In this document: piece after piece, positions 25,701 through 39,868 of the stretch
Layout of the letters: each line of letters starts with the position of its first letter
Numbering within the stretch: the first letter of the stretch is position 1
Origin: Epiperipatus broadwayi
Lineage: Eukaryota > Animalia > Onychophora
Direction of reading: 5' to 3'
DNA length: 64,000 nucleotides
Assembly (NCBI GenBank): GCA_028023455.1
Contig: JAQFVV010000010.1
Location: 5,704,001 to 5,768,000, forward strand
Notes under the pieces: generated by a model
Seen by the model: only the letters and a program-made list of their open reading frames with translations
What the model was told of the DNA's origin: nothing
Database searches by the model: none
Made by a program: the position numbers and the translations under genes

Positions 25701-28274
25701 TATCCATTATGTATCTTTCTTTGTTTGCAATTTTTATTTCATTTTAAGATTTGAAGTCTGTGTTTAATTTTCACAAGTTAACATGGGTCATTCAAATATA
25801 TATTTCATAAAATATACTAAAATTTGTAGAGATTACTACTGACTTTATCTTAACATTAATAAATTAAGATTTCTGGTAAAACATAAAACTTAACTCAATA
25901 GTTATTTAATTACAAATCCAGACATTATTCAAAATTTTTATTATCCAATTTTATGACAATACGTAATTCAAAATAATCAGTTTTCCATAAGAGACTTTGG
26001 ATAAAACTTAATAATATTGATAATATTAATTATCTGATAGCATTTTATTTATTAGAACTTAAATTTATTCCTTTTATTATTATTCCTTGTGGAAGTAAAT
26101 TTATTTTATAAGCAGTTAAAAGCTTGCAAAATCTTTATTATTTGTTTTATTTAGTGTTATGTAAAGATATTAAATGTTATCCATCTTGTTTATAACAATA
26201 GACCTGTTAAATATTGTAAATTTTGCTGTTTGAGGTTCAAATTCTACCAAATTATCAAGAGTTTTACTTTGAATTCTGATCTGTTTGTGGATTTATTATG
26301 CATTTTTTTTCTTGCAACATTTATTATTAAAGTTATATTTTTTATATATATTTAATATGAAGTAAACTGAATTCCAGATATAATCATCTTCTGAAATTTT
26401 AAATGCTAAAGTTTACTTTTTTTTTCTATTTCTTTGTTCTACTTTCCCACCAAGTGAATTATTGTACAAATTTAGTTTTTTGTTTTACTAAAAAAGTTGT
26501 GATTAGCATTTTGAAAATGGTTATTGTATATTAAGTTAAAATTTGTATTTTAAATATTTAATGGCAAGCTAGAATATCATATTGTGGAACTTCTTCAGAT
26601 TGATCCCAGTTCTGTTATATAAAATAATTATTACAAAACTAATTTTACCATTATTATTCTTACATTTAGGTGAAAACTAAAGTTAAACAGGCTTTAATTT
26701 ACTCAGTCACTGTAAGGCAAAAATCTCTCCAACAGCCATATATATGTATGTAATAAAATTTAATGTTGAGTTAGAGCCTTTTAGGGTAGGACTCAAGTTA
26801 TTGATCTCTGAAGGTTTTTTTTAACTAGTAATAACCTTATTAATACATTTTTTTATGCAGTGCATTTTTGATCTTTTCGCATCATATTCACAGCATGTTA
26901 ATAAATGTTTAGTTGTACATATAGCCATTTATGAATAATTAAAATTCATGTTTTAGTTGTCAGTAATTTTAAAACTGTTAGATTACTAATTAATCATTCT
27001 TTTTGAATGTGCAGTGAACCATGCTCCTTCATGCTTTTTTCATGTTATTTGCTTTCTTAAAGATTCTTTTGATATTTTATAGTCTGAAGTTATTAGGCAA
27101 AAAATTAATTAATATAGTTTATGTTATTAGCAAATAAGTATCTTCAAAGATAAATACTTTGAATTCAGCTGTGAAATGCTCTGAAATAATTAGATTAAAA
27201 TCTTAATGCAATTAAAAATGTCTAATTAACTTCTAGACTTAGTATTTTATTCAGGATAAAAGAAAACACAATTTTAATTTTGAAATACAATCTTTTCTAA
27301 AAAAAATTAATGTAATGTACATTAAAGTATTTTACAAATTAATATACAGTTATTGTGTGTGTGCATCTATATATATATATATTAAATGCTTTTATTGATA
27401 TTGAAAAATTGGTTTGTTTGTTAAATTTTGATCTTTTTAAAGTGAGAATGAAATTTTAAAATTGAGGTTTATTATATTTAAATTTAATAGAATTGCTTGA
27501 AATCTGGTATATAGTAATATCAGGCTAATTTCGTGTAAATACATATATATTTAATTTTGTAGTTAGCTTAATAATTTCATTAGTTTATAAGTAGAATTTT
27601 GTAAAAATATATAGAAAGGGTATTATCTTATTTAATCTATTAAAAGTTTTTTATTAACTCACTAAGAAATCAGTCTTTCAAGTTTGAGTTCAGTTCAAGA
27701 TAAAATACTTTTCTTGATTTATAAGTTTTTTATTAAACTTTTTTTTTAAATTCTTGGAAAAAGATGGATTGGGAGTAATTAGAAAAGGTCGCACTTAATC
27801 TCTATTGTTGAAAATAAATCTAAAAACCATATCTCGTTAATTAACTAAGAACTTTTAAAATTAAAAATTCCGAAAGAAGAAAAGAGCAGACATTTAAGTG
27901 ATAAATTACAGGGTCTTCTTTTGTTTGGATTCTTCAGAAATTATTATTAAAAGTTTTATTGAATGTTATTGCTGTAAGTTGCTATGAAAATGTTCTCCCT
28001 GTCTTTTGAGCCGCACCTGATGTATGCCAAAGAATTTCCATCTCCGGAAAATTGTGATGCCAGCCTGCTAGCTGAGGGTGTTTCAAGGAGAAAGGTGATT
28101 CACACAGGAAGCTATCGAAGAATGTCAACCCATGGAATTTACCCTTCTTATTAAATTTTATGGACTGATAGCCATCCATTACTTTGGAACCAGATAATCA
28201 ATGTCAATTTAATTCATTTTAAATACTTTCTCTACCTCTTTCCTTCTTTATTTTTGCTTTTTTTAAATAACATG

Positions 28275-28400
28275 TAATAACATTTCACTCTTCTTACACT
28301 TTAAAGCAAAATATATTTATTTATTCTTTACACTGTCCAAACTATAAAGAATAAATAAATATATTTTGCTTTAAAGTGTAAGAAGAGTGAAATGTTATTA
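28275..28400. repeat. Perfect 56-bp inverted repeat with 14-nt spacer
   Basis: 28275-28330 is the exact reverse complement of 28345-28400 (checked base by base). Confidence 0.95.
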
Positions 28401-28521
28401 ATCCATTTTACCAGTTCATTAATGAGTAGGTAATTGTAAACTGTTTATAAAATGAACTTTACTACCGTAATATAGCAAAATATAATTATAGACTCAATCA
28501 GTTGTGTAAGCTACTTTAGAC

Positions 28522-29047
28522 GAATGGTCTTTAACCCTTGGTCTGCGGACCGGTGCCAGGCTGCAGAAGTTTTTTACCGGTCCACCGGTAGACTGGCAGG
28601 AAAGTTTGTAATAACAAAATAATAAGAGTTTAAACTTTTAATTAATATAAACAATTTTTATTTATTTTTTCATCTCATTTTTACCCAATTAAAAAAAAAA
28701 GAAACAGAACGAAAACAAAATCTAATCAATCATACATAAATTAATTTGTTTTTCTAGTTATCACAGATGCTTATGGGGGGGGGTGGGGGTGGAGGGATAG
28801 AATTAAATTTTTTATTACTTTTCTAAAAAAATTCAAAATTAAAAAAAAAAGTTTTTTATTATACAAACTCCATATATATATAACTTCATTTTGTATATTT
28901 AGCATTGTTGTTTTGATCAGTTATAACAATTATGCTTAGCTATAGACTTCTGTCAGTCCGCGAAACCTTATCCTTCTTTTTGCTGGTCTGGGAAATCTTA
29001 TCCTTATTTTTACCGGTCTGCAGGTGTGAAAAGGTTGAAGACCACTG
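28522..29047. mobile_element. hAT (Charlie-like) MITE
   Basis: TIRs GAATGGTCTTTAACC / GGTTGAAGACCACTG; perfect 8-bp TSD CTTTAGAC at 28514-28521 and 29048-29055. Confidence 0.85.
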
Positions 29048-30591
29048 CTTTAGACTATAAATGTTTCAACAATAGAGTACTTTGAATAATCTATTCAGTA
29101 AAATAGATCTTTAGATTAGAATGATTATTCATTATTTTGACATAATTTTGGAGGGATAGGTTTTATATTTGTTTCATTTTTTTTTATCTTTGTTATACTT
29201 CTATGTATGTAGATTTTGGTTTCACGAATGTAAAATGCTTGATCATGGAGATATAAAAAAGTAGGTTAAAGTCAGTTTAAATTATGGCCATATGACACAA
29301 CAGACACTTATACCATAATTAGTGTACATAAAAGCAAAATAGATGGATATAAGATATAAAAATGCATATGTCATCATTTAGTGATTAAGATTAATTTATT
29401 TAACATTAATAGTGTAGAGATTTTGGTTTAAACTATATACAGTTAAGTCATTATTATAATATGTCTAGTCTTTCACTCCTATTTGGATAAGAGGCCATCT
29501 AGAAAGTTGGATCCTAGTCACATCATTGACTTGTATAGGGCACATTTTTCTCAGGAAAGATAATTATAATGTTAAAATAAGGTATCATTAAACAATTGGT
29601 AAATGATTATGCTTATCAGAAAGTATTTTATTTTAAAATAGATAGAGTCATTTCAGATTGTGGTTAGATGTGATAGGGAAGGGAAATAGAAAAATGTGTA
29701 ATAAAGATAATTGTATATTCATATTTACATGTCTCTCTGATTATTTTAGTATATAACTATAATACTGAAAGCAATTGCATCCTCTGAAGAGAAAATTTAC
29801 TGGAATTATTGGAATCTGCAAAAGATTATACTATAAAATGATTATGTTGCTGTCTTACATAAATAAACACTATAATCGTAGAATATTCTCGGAATAGTCC
29901 TAGACTATCTGCTTAGTGGTGCCCTTGCACTGACAACTATAATCTTAGTAATCTTAATAGTTTGGCAGCTCTAAAAAATTTTGTACCACTACAATATGGA
30001 ACACCCGTCTTTTTGGTAGGTCATCTATTTTCTTAGATATGGAACAGAGGGCAAGAAAATATTAAAAATATTTAGTAATTACATGTATCACAGTTAAAAA
30101 TTCTTAGAACTTTCATTTATTTTAAATAAGGCTTACAAAGGGATTTATCTTTCAATTTAATTTTTTTTTTATCATTTTAAAAGTTCCATGTAAGTTGTTG
30201 AAATTTTCTGCATTTTGTTTAAAATACCTATGAAAGTGACCCAACACATTAATATTTTAAATAGGTGACTTATTTTCTTAGATAGGAAGAGCAGGGGGAA
30301 TGTTTTAAATAATACTTTCTATCGATTTTATTTCTTATGATTGCAAACTTCATTTAAGTGATAAAAAGTTGTTTATAAAATAATTTTTTTAAAATAAAAA
30401 TTGTCAAAATGCGAAATACTTTTCATTTAAAAAATATTTCATATATTTAGTCACTTGTATACACATATATTATTATGTACACATACTAAATATGATATAT
30501 ACATAAGAGCTATACATTTTAACTTATAGCGGAAATATCTAGTGATGTAATGATCAGATTAATATTTCACAATTTTACTATTTTCTCTATT

Positions 30592-32251
30592 GGTTAAAGC
30601 CTGAAATCCGGGCATGGCCGCTTGGGGCATTGTTTACGTGTAAAACACATAAAAATGCCGTTTCGGTGGCCGCGACCTATACAGGCTAATACAACATTTA
30701 CGTATTGTATTAACCCATTAGCTAGGCCACTTTACATGACATTGCACAAAAATATTATGGCCTGTTTTGTGCTTCGAAGCTATTTACGCCTATTCATTCT
30801 ATTCATAGCTGATTACCGTATCGCTTGAGGGTGTTTAAATTTCAAGGTGGTACGATTTTTTCAAATCTCCATAATAGAGTAAGGTCATTTCGATTTAAAA
30901 AATGTTAATTATTAATAATTGTCATATGGTCCCCACCCTTCCCTAAAAAAAGGTTACTATGTAAAAAAATTGGCAAAGTGTATGTTCGAACAAGCTTCGA
31001 CAAAGCTCACGTGCTAAGTCACGTTTCATCCTGGAAAATATTCGAGACCATTAAAAGGTCTGAGACAAACGTACAATTTTGAAACTTTTCTGCAGAATTG
31101 CTGAGTACAGAAAGTGTGTGAGGTTGTGTCCTTTTTTTCAGGCACATAATGTCCACTTTTTATTACAGCAATAAAAGAATAAATAATTTAAAAAAAGTCC
31201 AAAGTTTGTGTCCTTTTTTTTTTTATTTCATTTCATTAGAAATTGACAATTATTTGGATTCAATTTTTTGCAGCCGGCGGTTAAAATAAATGACGATTTT
31301 GGTGTGGACTTTTTGTTAATAATAACAAATTACGAATTCCCCCCATCCCCAAAAGCAGTTTCTTGTAGAAGGCCAAAAAAAAAAAGTAATTCAAACGAAA
31401 TAGAAATCAAAGCAAAAAGTGAGAAAAAGTTGTTTAAAAAAAAAAACCGGTAAATTCTTGACTTTTTGGTTACAATTCTTTTTGCGAGTGTGGGAGTTGG
31501 TATTTGAAAACAATTTTTTAATCGGCAAAAACACCAAAATAAATTTTGATTTAATATTAAGAAAAACAATTATGTCAAACAAAAATGAAATCAAAATTCG
31601 AAACAAGTCCCAAAGTTGATTCTCTTTTTTCAGCGCTGTTAAAATAATTGACCATTTTGGGTGACTTTTTGTTAATAATAACAGTACGAAATCCCACCCC
31701 CAACCCCCGCTCAAAAAGCTGTTTCTTGTAGTAGGCCAAAAAAAAAAAAGGCTAATTCAAACATAATATAAATCAAAGTGAAAACAATTTGTGTTTAAAA
31801 AAAAAGTAAAATTAATAATAAGAAAAACCACTTAGTCAAGCCAAAAAACAAACAAAAAAGGTAGAATTAGGTTCTAAACAAGTCGCAAATAATTGTATTG
31901 TATTTTTTCTGCGGTGGGAGATTCAAACAAATTTTTTGACGTGAAACGGTCCAAAGTTTTAAAATGATCAAAAGAAAAAATAAAATTAGCAAAATTTTTT
32001 GAAAAAATGCCAGGTTCCAAAAAAAACCCACAAAAAGTAACGAAAATAAATATCAAAATTTGTTTAATAATAAAGAAATCATGTTCTAAATGAAATAAAA
32101 ATTATTCATTTAATCAATGTTACAAAAAAAAAAAAAAAACCTTGTTGTCTAAAAAAAGAAAAAGTTGCGGCGGCCCGGTAACGTTATATTTCATAGATTT
32201 TGTCTAGCATCAACGCTCCAAGTGGCTTTGCCCGGATTTCAGGCTTTTACC
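30592..32251 (+). mobile_element. Non-autonomous Merlin-related element
   Basis: ~37-bp TIRs (GGTTAAAGCCTGAAATCCGGGCA.. / ..TGCCCGGATTTCAGGCTTTTACC). Flank duplication TCTATT. Subterminal motif shared with the elements at 33822 and 62096. Internal ~150-bp direct repeat at ~31270 and ~31630. Confidence 0.75.
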
Positions 32252-34250
32252 TCTATTATTTATTTATTTACATAAATTACACTGGCACCACCTGGCTTTA
32301 AGCATCAGGAAATAGACCTACACATATATTTAAAACAATATTTTATTTAATATAATAATCTAACCGTTATGTAGCCCTATTTGTAATGCCGGGCTAAATT
32401 GCAGAGAAGATAAGTTAATACCAATGAATGACCGTAGACCAAGCAATCTTACATAAATAATGTAACAAATCATACAATAATAATTTAATTACAAGTGTAC
32501 TTATTAATTGATATATAATTTATTTCCTTTAATAAAATTAACAAATCATATAACAATTTATTTACAAAGTTTTAATCATTAATTGATATGCAATTTTTTT
32601 TTTTTAACAAAATCCTTTAATCTACATCATAGTATCAAGGTATTATATAATGTCACATTTGATGTACCCATCTTCAATAAACTTAAATATAATTCTACAC
32701 ATGTAGGGGTAGACATTAATATTATCTTTATTACAATAATCATAAGCAATGGTATTTTTTTAGATCTTATTTCTGAACATAATCATTTATATAATAATAA
32801 CTATTAAAGGATGGCCATTTTGGTCCTAACCCTAACTGAATAAACCTTCTATACAATAATTATAAGAAGTGGCTTTTTGTCCTAAATCTAATTTAAAACA
32901 ACTACAATTTATACAGGGATGATTCGTTCTGAGATTGATCCCTAAACTGATAGGAATGTATTGTCTCATATAGATGTGAGCATATGTAAACTATTAAACA
33001 TCATACAAATAACTGCACATATATAAATTCATCTAAATAAAATCTGGTTTTCAGTTATATAATATAAGTTTAATTTATAAATGAATGAAATAATAAATGG
33101 AAATAGGTACATTGTTAACTACTGTTATTTATGACTTACATTTATATGTGTACATTGCATTTACATGATTATCATTATTTCTCTATCTTTCCTCTTATTA
33201 ATAACTTATATAAAATTCAAAAGCTTAGCATACATATATGATATACAATAATTATTATTTTTTTAAAAAATAATTTTAACAAGTAAAGAGAAGTTATTAC
33301 AAATTCATTTCTTTTTTTTTAATTGACAGTTTTTTAAAAAATAATACCTGGATAATAAGCCTTATTTAAAAATCCAAATTATTTAAAATAAAGTACAAAT
33401 CACTCTTTAAATATAAGAGTCACTCAACACAAAATAATTGTTATTTACTTCTTTCTTCATAAACATAATTTCTGACTGTCTTTTAAAATACGCACTAATT
33501 CTTTATTTCAGCCATAGTTATTCAAAATGTGATTCAAGTATCCAGATTAGATCTAGTTAACTGTTAATGATGTTCTTCCTTTTTATTCACAAGGCATAGT
33601 CAAATCCTGGGATTGAATGAAATAGTATTCCAATCTGATTAAAAGAAAAGGAAAAACTTTTTTTATATCCAAAAAACTTTTTTGTACCTCCTTTTAGTTT
33701 TTTTTTAAAACAAATTTGTATTATCATTTTGCTCAGAAGAAAAAAGAAAATTATTATTATAATTTTGTGATTATTTATTAAGCATATATAAAGCCTTAAA
33801 ACCTTTCTCTAAAGTATTATTGGTAGTTGTTTTGTCGACATACACGCTGCTGGATGGCGTGATTTATGTGCTAAAACACAAAAATGTCGTTTACGCGGCC
33901 GACATTTCGCACATGTAATTGAACAATTCTGCTGTACCACACATTCCAGACCACTTGATCGCATCACAGTAAATTATTTCTTCCGAATTGCACACTTCAC
34001 CCTTTTTTAGAGTGTAATGTGAGGGGGTGTTAAATTCAAGTAATGAAATGTTCTTATTTTTACTTTAATTTTTATATTATATTTTTTTCAATCACGCAAT
34101 TGAAGTATTTGATAATTAATGGACTGTTTAGACACTTCTGGTGTGAAATTTTAATGGGAAAAACATTGTCCAAGGGTATGTTTGAACGTAGTCGTAAGTA
34201 GTTAATGTGTTAACTAGTGTTTACACGAGAACCTCCATGAGAAAATAATA

Positions 34251-35133
34251 ATGGCGCATGAAAATGCAGACATGATTCGATTGTGCGATTTATCCACAAC
34301 AGAACGTGATGCAGTGGCCGTTTTGCAAAACAAAAATGTACTTCAAAATTCCAAGAAGTGCGAATGTGGAGTATCCATGAAATTTAGGATGGTAAAAAGT
34401 ACCTGTCAGTTTAGATGCTTGGCTCGTTCATGCAGTCGAACGGTTTCCGTTAGAAGTCTCACTTGGTTTGACAGCTCCAGAATACCGTTGGTTAAAGCTA
34501 TACATCTAATATATTTCTGGAGCTGTGAACACCTAACTGTCGAAGCTGTACAGAAAGAATTGGGCCTAGGCAAAAATGCTATTTTACATTGGACCAACGA
34601 TCTGCGCAAGCTGTGCTCTAGAGAGTTTGCCATCTCGGCCGTGCTGTCAAATCGGTGAGCCTGGTTTGATAGTTGAGGTTGATGAAACTCTCTTTAGCCG
34701 GAGAAAGAACCATCAAGGAAGAGTACTACCTCCACAATGGATTTTTGGCGGGGTGTGCCGAGAGACACACGAATGTTTTCTGTTGTGCATTCCTTGCAGA
34801 TCTGGGGCAGTCTTTTGCAGGCTGTGAAAGATAACATCAAATCCGGATCGACTATCTTCTCGGACTGTTGATCTTGAGGCGGCTGGGTTCCACCATCTGA
34901 CAGTCAACCACACTTAAAACTTTGTGGACCCTTCCACAGGAACTCACACCCAAAACATAGAGCATCTTTGGGGCCTGCTAAAGTCTCGCAACAGGAAACA
35001 ATGGGCAACTCACAGGAAATATCTATGAAATTACATGGCCGAATTTATTTGGTGTTGTCTCTACAAAGATGAAGATGTTTTCCTGGCCATACTTGCAGAG
35101 ATGTCTTTATCACAGCATGTCAACACCCAGTAG
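34251..35133 (+). pseudogene. Merlin/ISXO2-like DDE transposase, frameshifted
   Basis: ORFs 34251..34658 and 34576..34827: CECG...C, VEVDETLFSRRKNHQGRVLPPQWIFGG. Continues STIFSDC, HLTVNH, NFVDPSTGTHTQNIEHLWG, YMAEFIW. At least two frameshifts and a deletion. Confidence 0.88.
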
Positions 35134-36034
35134 GCATCTTGAATTATTTAATTTGTTCCTATTATTTGGGGAAAAAGTTTATTTAAAAATCTTTTACATT
35201 GTTTTTGTGTAAATAGAATAAAGTTATTTTTACAATTGTTTCAAGTTTTGACTGAAACTAAAAGTTTGAAAAGTTATTTCTCGTAATTTTAATATTTGAT
35301 GTTATATTTTATTAAAAATGAGTTTTAAAATTAGTGTGTTATTTTTAAACCTTTCTAAAGTTGTTTATCTTTATAGCCAAAAAAAAAAAAAATTCGTCAA
35401 AACTTTTATTTTTGTTGACGTTATTTTTTAAAGAAATCGGCAAGTAAAAAAAAAGCCCTCTAATTTTAACTTTGTTTTTTTTTTTTAAAAACCAAAAAAA
35501 AAAAAAAATGTTATTAAACTTTGTCAATGTTCTTTTTAATCGTTTATCATAAATTTTTATGGTTAAGCTAAACAAAGGTTACATCTTATAAAAGGACAAT
35601 ATTAATGAAAAAAAAAAAAGTTATACAATTGGTTTTTAAAAGAAACTGATTGTTGTGATAGTTTTTGTTATGTTAAGTTTGTAGAAAACTGGAATAACTT
35701 CCAAGTCTCCTCAATTATGAATTTGGAAGATAGTAATTGATCTTTTGATTTTATCTTTTGCATAGATTACAAGAAGCGTGAGTTATGATCTGATTGAAGC
35801 TGGGTATACATTAACTAACAACTCACATACCAGATTGAATAAGTGATAAAAATTGAATTGTTTTTTTTTTAATACATTTTATTTGAGATTCTATTCTTAT
35901 AATAGGGTGGGGACTGAAACTTAATAAGTTTTATTTTTGTTAATGTTAAGTTTATATAAAAAAAAACCTTAATCCAAAAAAAAGAGCTCACAAAGTTTAA
36001 TATTTGTTTGTGTTAATTATTTGCCCCCCCCCCC

Positions 36035-37019
36035 AAGTTTAATAACTTTAAACTTGTTGATAACTGTTTTTTAAAAAAAGTGGGGCAATCAAATAAAACT
36101 TTGTTTGTATTATTTATTTGTGTATCAAAAAAAAAAAAAAGCGGCATTCCAAAAAAAAAGCCTACTAGGTTTAAAGTTCATTTGTGTGATTTATTTATTA
36201 CATCATTTTCATTTACCGTTGTCAAACTGACTCCAGTCCAAACCCGACGCCATCCATTTCTGCTAAATACTCTATTGATTATTACTAAACATACTCGAAA
36301 CTAGAGATTATCTCTAGCACAGATATATACCTACACTTTAAACCTCAATTAAATATTAATATATCTGATTTTTTGAATTTGCCACACACGGAATTAGTCA
36401 CCTTTTTCTATTCCGTATGTAATATCTTTAGAGATATAATAAACACCTCCATACTTGCCCATACTTTTTGATTTATTTGTATAACCCCCTCCCCCCAAAA
36501 AAAAGCTTAATAACTTTAAACTTGTTGATAACTGTTTTTTAAAAAAGCGGTAATCCCAAAAAAATTTGTTTGTATTGTTTATTGATGTCACCAAAAAAAG
36601 CTTAATAACTTTGAACTTGTTGATAATTACCGTTTTTTTTAAAAAAAGGCAATCGAATAAAACTTTGTATTATTTATTTGTGTATCCAAAAAAAAAAAAA
36701 AAAAAGCGGCATTCCAAAAAAAAAGCCTACTAGGTTTAAAGTTCGGTTGTGTGATTTATTTATTACATCATTTTCATTTACCGTTGTCAAACTGCCTCCA
36801 GTCCAAAACCCCGACGCCATCCATTTCTGCTAAATACTCTAATGATTATTACTAAACATACTCGAAACTAGAGATTATCTCTAGCACAGATATATACCTA
36901 CACTTTAAACTTCAATTAAATATTAATATATTTGATTTTTTGAATGATACCACACACGGAATTAGTCACCTTTCTCTATCCCATATGTAATATCTTTATA
37001 GATATAATAAACACCTCCA
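36035..37019 (+). repeat. ~415-bp direct duplication inside the Merlin 3' half
   Basis: 36035-36451 closely matches ~36597-37019; shorter AATAACTTTAAACTTGTTGATAA motifs recur near 36505 and 37025. Confidence 0.85.
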
Positions 37020-38687
37020 AAAAAAAGCTTAATAACTGTGAAGTTTGTTTTAAAATGGTAAATACCAAAAAATGTTATTTTTACAAATAAAAAAGCGTTC
37101 TAACTTTTTTTAAAAAAGTCTACTAAGTTTAACTTTTTTTTTATAAAAAAAAAAGCCTACGATGTTTCGAGTTTGTTTGTTTACGATTTATTTGTCTTTC
37201 AAACTGCATTACTTCATAATTTTATTGATGATGTTTTTGTCAAAAAGCAGTGGCAATCAAAAAAAAAGGCCAATGAACTTTTGCGTTGATTTATTTTATA
37301 TTTATTTATTATTTGTTGCTATTAATAAAAATAAATGTTTACAAAAAATGTAATAAAATTTGTGTTTTTTATTTATTTTGAAATCAAAAAAAAAAGTCAA
37401 AAACAAGTACTTCAAAATTCAAATTGAAAAAAAAAAAAGGCCAAATTGAAAAAAAAAAAAAGGCCTGGGAATGTTCATAATGTATATTTTTTGAAAAAAA
37501 AACGACAACCCGCGGCGTGTATGTTGACAAAATAACTACCGTATTATTATTTTTATTGAAATGAGTAATGGATTGTTCATTTCAATATATGTATATTGTG
37601 AGAGTATGCCAAACTCCTCACACATATATATATATAAAATACAACACGCCTATCATGAATATTATTGTTAAGAAAAATAATTAAAATTTTATTATTGATT
37701 TATATATTAATAATCATATACAATTTGGTCATTAAAAATTATAACTTAACGACTTATTAACTATATTGACATGTAGATAATCACCTTGTAAAAAAAATTA
37801 CATATGAGCCCTAAAATTATTAAAGGAAAAGAAATAAATATTAAATTTTAATATTTGTTTGTAATTCATTCATTAAATATACAAATAATAAAATGATATC
37901 ATAACTGAAACAAGAAAAATGTGAACTAAAATCGACAAGATATATAGAACAGTTAAAAAAGAAAAATATATTTTTTTCTTTTCTTCTTGAAAAGAAAAAA
38001 AAAGGAGACTTAAATACAACTCTGATTTGTCACAGAGTTTGGAATAAACTATAAATTTGAACTACTATTCAGAACTAATTTGACAACAATCAGAAAATTA
38101 TCAAATCTCCAAAGAGGAAAACAATTGCTGAAAATAAACAGGAACCCATACTTATTAATATAGATTGATTTTACCTATGTAAAAGTACATTTTGCAAATA
38201 CCATCAAGAAAATCTTTTTTGATAATCTTATTAAAGCTAAATATTATAAGAAATCAATTACTTTATTATATAAATAGAATCGGATAAAATAAAAACCAAG
38301 TTATCAAGTTTCAATAGAATTAGTAATTTTAAATAACATTCGAACTTGGCTATTTAACAATGGCTGGCTAGAGGAAAAGAAACATCATGGAGATGGAATG
38401 TTAACTATACTTCTATAATGTCAAATCTAACATCAAGGAAAATCAAATCTATCTGCCGATGATAAACATCAAATAAGAAATGATTTGCTACAAACCTTAG
38501 GAAATCCTTAGATGGAAATAACGATCACAATTGTAGGAATGAAATTGCCATTTGCATTCAAACATTGAATTGTACATATTAAAAAAGGAAAAAGAAAGGA
38601 TCCTTAAAGTGAAAAGTTATTCTATCCGTCAATCTAAATCATTTCTAAATTAATTCTATGCGCGACTACACATTAATATCATATATA

Positions 38688-39868
38688 TACTTGAGTCTCT
38701 TTTTGTGTGGATTTTTTAAATGCGATTTTGAAGTTATGCAATTCATGCTTCTTCTTAATATCTTTTTATGTGGTTTTCTTTTATGCGATAAAGAAGTTCA
38801 TATTTTACTTAAAATCGGGATTTCCCCATTTTATATACATGCATTAAATTTTACATAGTTTAAATGCCTGTTGGAAAAAGGTTTAGTAATAAATTTAGAT
38901 ACCTTAGAAAATTTAGAAAAAGATAATGAAACAGAAGTGGAACCTGTTCGTTTCACAGCAAAAATGATTTGAGAAAGTCGTCAACTTTCTAATTAATTGG
39001 AAAATCATTTTCTTGTTAAGAACACAAATTATGAACTAAATTCCAACGAGAGCTAAATAGCTGTATGTCTGTGTTATACATATATACATGGAGGAATTCT
39101 TAGACAGAAAAAAGTTACAGGTAAAAATATTGAAGAACTTTTAATTTCTACTTAAAAAGAATATATCTTTAAAAGTTTTTAAATATTTTTACTTGTAACT
39201 TTTTTCTGTCTAAAAGTTTTCCCATGTATATACGTGTATAAAAGAAAATTTAATCGTTAGTCATTATTAACACACTTGTGGAAGCGTGTTATATATATAT
39301 AGTTACTTGTGGAAGTGCATTCTCTAACCGCTAGACATAGCAGGCTGGATAGAGCGAGCTTCATAAACAATTGGTAAAATCATCGTCTCAAAGTTTAATT
39401 ATCGATTACATTATCGACAGAAAATTAGTACAGCATAAGACTGAAGTTGGTGCTAATTTTATTTTCTCTTGTGACAAATCTGATATCTTACTAGTTCACA
39501 AACGAACTGCATACTATCAAATAGCGATAATGATTGAAATATGTGTGAAAAAATGTAAAATAAATTACACATAAAAATATATTGTTTTGAATAAAAATAA
39601 ATAGTTAATAAAAAAAAGTAAAAAAAGTTTGTCTTGTATTAATTTTTTTTATATATTTGAAATTTTTTATTAGTCATATTTTATTTCCTTTTTTTTTTTA
39701 ATGTGAATTTTAAAGTAATTTTATTTTGTTGCTTTGGTTTTATGCGATTTTTGAAAATTACGGTATTTATCCCACATTTTTCAAGGTAAGTTAAGTCTAT
39801 GTTTGTGCGATTTTTTTAATGCGGGTTTTCTATGGAACTTAACTACCACATAAAAAGAGACCCAGGTA
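38688..39868. mobile_element. Tc1/mariner-type (TA TSD) non-autonomous element
   Basis: TIRs TACTTGAGTCTCTTTTTGTGTGG / CCACATAAAAAGAGACCCAGGTA flanked by TA. Confidence 0.7.
39087..39226. mobile_element. Nested ~140-bp foldback MITE
   Basis: ~45-bp near-perfect inverted arms (CATGG..TTAGACAGAAAAAAGTTACA.GTAAAAATATT) in a TA context. Confidence 0.7.

Larger units (their letters stand above)
33822..37540 (+). mobile_element. Full-boundary Merlin DNA transposon (3.7 kb)
   Basis: TIRs GGTAGTT(G/A)TTTTGTC(G/A)ACATACACGC at both ends; perfect 8-bp TSD GTATTATT at 33814-33821 and 37541-37548; encodes an ISXO2-like transposase. Confidence 0.92.

Noticed and set aside
27982-28179. GC-richer 65-aa ORF as an exon or nested gene
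   Set aside because: No recognisable motif, opposite strand, and not needed by the cystatin model; probably a TE scrap.
31268-32056. Cluster of short ORFs on both strands
   Set aside because: Artefacts of A/T homopolymer tracts inside a non-autonomous element.
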